37,976 nt of DNA from a virus. The DNA lies in the IMG/VR virus record IMGVR_UViG_3300005836_000015; one strand, given 5' to 3'. Below are positions 35,519-37,976 of the stretch, one piece after another (position 1 is the first letter of the stretch; the number at the start of each line of letters is the position of its first letter). Under the pieces are notes generated by a model that was not told where the DNA came from, did not search any database, and saw only the letters and a list, made by a program, of their open reading frames with translations. The position numbers and the translations under genes are program-made.

Positions 35519-36360
35519 ACTCACTTCTCGTGTCCCGGCCGCCCTATGGAGAGGGCCTCGCATCGGCACCCTTGTCGGAGTCCAAGCTTCCAAGTGGTGG
35601 ACCGGCGGGCCGAGGCATGCCCCTCGATGACAACATCCCGAATGAGAGGACCTTCGCAAAACCCGAAGATGACTCGAGCACCAGTACGACTCCGCAGAAG
35701 GATGAACCGATCTGGCGTCGGGAAGGCCCTCGAGAGCAAACCAAGGATCGAGAACGCGTCGACGTGATCGACCAGACGGATGCCCAGCCTCACTACATGG
35801 GGTTGGGCAAGCCAGACAACTCTCCGAAGACGCCTTATCCGTACCGTGACGGGATTCCGAACGCCCACAATGCCTCGGCGGAATTCGTGGCAGGCATGTG
35901 GCTCCTACAATCGGCTCCTGACCTGATTCTTCCGGGTGGGCATCATCGTGTGGCCGCCGTGATGAATACGATGACCACGGGGCTCAATCCTGAGATCCAA
36001 CGCAAGAGTCAGGGTTGCAGCGTGAACTTGAAGCGGGCGGACATCGCCAAGATGCGATGGCTCTTCTCTGTGGATTGTGGCAACGGGGCGAAGGTCGTTC
36101 GGCTCAAGGCCGACCGTCCTGGAAACGTGACTCAATTCGAGAAGATGGATCTCCACATGGCTTGCTCTTGTCCTGCATGGCGCTGGCAAGGACCGGAGTT
36201 CCACGCGACTCGCAAAGACTACCAGGACCCGAAGACCAAGCTTCAGGGAACAGCATCCGTTCCCGATATCCGAGACCCTCATCGGATCAACAAGGTCTGC
36301 AAGCATGTGGCAGCCGTACTCGCCTTCACGAGGCAGTGGACTGTCCCCAAGAGGAAATGA
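35515..36360 (+). CDS. SWIM zinc-finger protein with disordered N-terminus
   Basis: MACSCPAWRWQG...VCKHVAAV (CxCx(n)CxH); GTGA overlap. Confidence 0.75.
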   Translation: MNSLLVSRPPYGEGLASAPLSESKLPSGGPAGRGMPLDDNIPNERTFAKPEDDSSTSTTPQKDEPIWRREGPREQTKDRERVDVIDQTDAQPHYMGLGKPDNSPKTPYPYRDGIPNAHNASAEFVAGMWLLQSAPDLILPGGHHRVAAVMNTMTTGLNPEIQRKSQGCSVNLKRADIAKMRWLFSVDCGNGAKVVRLKADRPGNVTQFEKMDLHMACSCPAWRWQGPEFHATRKDYQDPKTKLQGTASVPDIRDPHRINKVCKHVAAVLAFTRQWTVPKRK

Positions 36361-36362
36361 AG

Positions 36363-37091
36363 ATGCCTGTGCTGGTCTACGAAGCCAGGTGCAAGATCAA
36401 CGGGAAGCCGTATTTTGGGATCACCTCGAAGACGCTTCCGAAGCGACGGGCTGATCACGTCTCGCAAGCGCGGACGCCAAAGACCCGGTTTCACCGTGCC
36501 TTGCTCAAGTACGGCCGGGAGGGGTTCGACTGGCGCGTTGTCGCAGCCGAATCCACGTGGGAAGCCGCGTGCTTGCATGAGAGACTGTTGATCCGTCAAA
36601 CCGACAGCACCAACCCAAAGCTCGGGTACAACACAACGGAAGGTGGTGACGGGGTTCGAGGACCTCGGGTACGACGCAAGAGCCAGAAGGGGCGTGTTCT
36701 CTCGGAAGCGCACCGGCAGCGGCTTCGAGAAGCGTGGAAGCATCGACCGCCCCACTCTACAGAGACACGCGCAAAGATGAGGGCCGCACGTCTTGGGAAG
36801 CCGATGAAGTTTTCCGGGGACGCGCTTAAACGGATCGCTGCGGCGAACAAGGGAAAGACCCGGAACAACAGTCGGCAAGGCCAGACCCGCCCGAATCGCC
36901 CGTATTCGGAAGCGGACCTCCAGAAAAAAGTCCGACTCGCTCGGGCTCTCGGCGAGGCCAACAGGGGTAGGATCCAGAGCCCCGAGGTACGGGCACAGAT
37001 CAGCCAGTCCCTGAAGGGCCGGGTAGTGTCCGAAGAGACCCGAGAAAAGATGCGGTTGGCCGCGTTGAAGCGCCACCAGATGAAGAGGTAG
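36363..37091 (+). CDS. Free-standing GIY-YIG homing endonuclease with NUMOD3 repeats
   Basis: LVY...INGKPYFGIT...R...H...FHRALLKYG...F...E...GYN.T.GG; several G...SE/PE.R.K/Q.. NUMOD3-like repeats; GAGGA SD (alternative ATG 36357). Confidence 0.85.
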   Translation: MPVLVYEARCKINGKPYFGITSKTLPKRRADHVSQARTPKTRFHRALLKYGREGFDWRVVAAESTWEAACLHERLLIRQTDSTNPKLGYNTTEGGDGVRGPRVRRKSQKGRVLSEAHRQRLREAWKHRPPHSTETRAKMRAARLGKPMKFSGDALKRIAAANKGKTRNNSRQGQTRPNRPYSEADLQKKVRLARALGEANRGRIQSPEVRAQISQSLKGRVVSEETREKMRLAALKRHQMKR

Positions 37092-37093
37092 AT

Positions 37094-37504
37094 GTGCCGA
37101 ACTATACTTTCCAACGGCCCGATGGATCCTACATGACGAAGCGCCTCAGCTTCGTCGAGTACGATTCCCTCCTGAAGGGCGAAGTCAAGCTCGTCGATGC
37201 GGACGACCTGGAGCTCAAGCTCGTCTTCAACCCTGGGGATGTGAAGTTCGTTCTCAAGGATGGCGAGAGCGGGGGATGGGCTTCGAAGTCCATGAAGGAG
37301 AACAAATACCGCCAGGAACGCCGTCAGGTGATGACGAAGCGTGAGCGGGATCATGCTCCGAAGACACGCCTGATCCCCAACTTCGGTGGTAAAGAAGCCC
37401 ATTCTTGGGCAGACGTCCAAGACCACGTTCGAAGCGTCAAGGGAGCGGCTTCGGCTGCGACATATGACCGCCTTGTCGCGAAGGAAACCGGAGCGATTCG
37501 ATGA
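37094..37504 (+). CDS. FmdB-like regulatory protein lacking the zinc-ribbon cysteines
   Basis: MPNYTFQ N-terminus and FVLK....GW motif as in FmdB-family proteins, but no CxxC. Confidence 0.45.
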   Translation: MPNYTFQRPDGSYMTKRLSFVEYDSLLKGEVKLVDADDLELKLVFNPGDVKFVLKDGESGGWASKSMKENKYRQERRQVMTKRERDHAPKTRLIPNFGGKEAHSWADVQDHVRSVKGAASAATYDRLVAKETGAIR

Positions 37505-37976
37505 GCAACCTTTCTCGCCCCTTCAACGTGGTCCGTCGTCGTCCGCACTTGATGGACATCCTCGTTCCGAAGTCGGCGACGACGCAGAAGTACCGCCTGC
37601 TCGCTTCAGCGACCTTCAGCGGGACTTTCACACAGATCATCGAGGCGGACATTTCGTCTGGATACCTCGATCCGGCCCTCATCACCTCGGGCAGGGTTCA
37701 CACTCTGCATGTCTTGAACAACCCGAGCCAGATCCGGATCGCCTTCGACCCTGCGACGTTTGCGGGAACCGCTGGCATCTCGGATTCGAACCTTTTCTGG
37801 TTGAAGTTTCAAGCGGTGGACTTCGCAGGCACTCCTGGTACGGCCTCCAACCCGGTCATGGTGCTTGCAGAGGAGCAGCTTCGAGGAGATGCTGCCATCA
37901 CCATCGCGGGAACGGCCCCGAATGCTGCGAGCGTCGCGGGTTCCTTGCAGCTCGACCTCAGCTACCGGATGAAGGA
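37501..37976 (+). CDS. Probable structural protein, 3'-truncated by window
   Basis: ATGA overlap at 37501; open to the window end (MSNLSRPFNVVRRRPHLMDILVPK...AGTAPNAASVAGSLQLDLSYRMK); beta-rich with many A/T/S/G. Confidence 0.6.
   Translation, partial: MSNLSRPFNVVRRRPHLMDILVPKSATTQKYRLLASATFSGTFTQIIEADISSGYLDPALITSGRVHTLHVLNNPSQIRIAFDPATFAGTAGISDSNLFWLKFQAVDFAGTPGTASNPVMVLAEEQLRGDAAITIAGTAPNAASVAGSLQLDLSYRMK

Noticed and set aside
36015-36356. N-terminal extensions of tracked ORFs 36015, 27965, 20601 and 7782
   Set aside because: Each overlaps a better upstream gene in another frame. Real starts coincide with stop/start overlaps, SDs or promoter-like motifs.
36340-37100. Group I intron around the GIY-YIG gene
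   Set aside because: No non-coding space for an intron core, and both flanking genes appear complete.

Overview
This is a 38-kb segment of a large, GC-rich tailed dsDNA phage (Caudoviricetes). All credible genes are on the + strand and densely packed, and no host housekeeping operon, tRNA, rRNA or CRISPR array is visible. From left to right: (1) the end of a replication/transcription block, with a partial DnaX-like clamp loader, an unusual NusG-like + 5'-3' exonuclease fusion and a double sigma4-like HTH protein; (2) a long head-morphogenesis cluster, with a BACON/Ig protein, terminase large subunit carrying a LAGLIDADG intein in its Walker A, three tandem paralogues resembling the capsid decoration protein, portal, prohead protease, Q-rich scaffold, decoration protein, major capsid protein and a strong terminator; (3) a mosaic region mixing small metabolic genes (ung, Nudix) with probable virion-internal proteins, a SWIM protein and a free-standing GIY-YIG/NUMOD3 endonuclease. 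The most interesting structure lies across genes. A short R-V-A-x-(R/A)-(F/Y) peptide is grafted onto six unrelated proteins, alongside recurrent K/R-x-A motifs (candidate capsid-loading tag plus protease-cleavage code). There are also two candidate promoter classes (CGGTGTA-N10/11-start codon, and a T-rich motif), RBS-sequestering hairpins next to the T-rich motif, and a ~130-nt structured CTAG-rich non-coding element. Functional calls rest on motif recognition by eye; no database searches were run.
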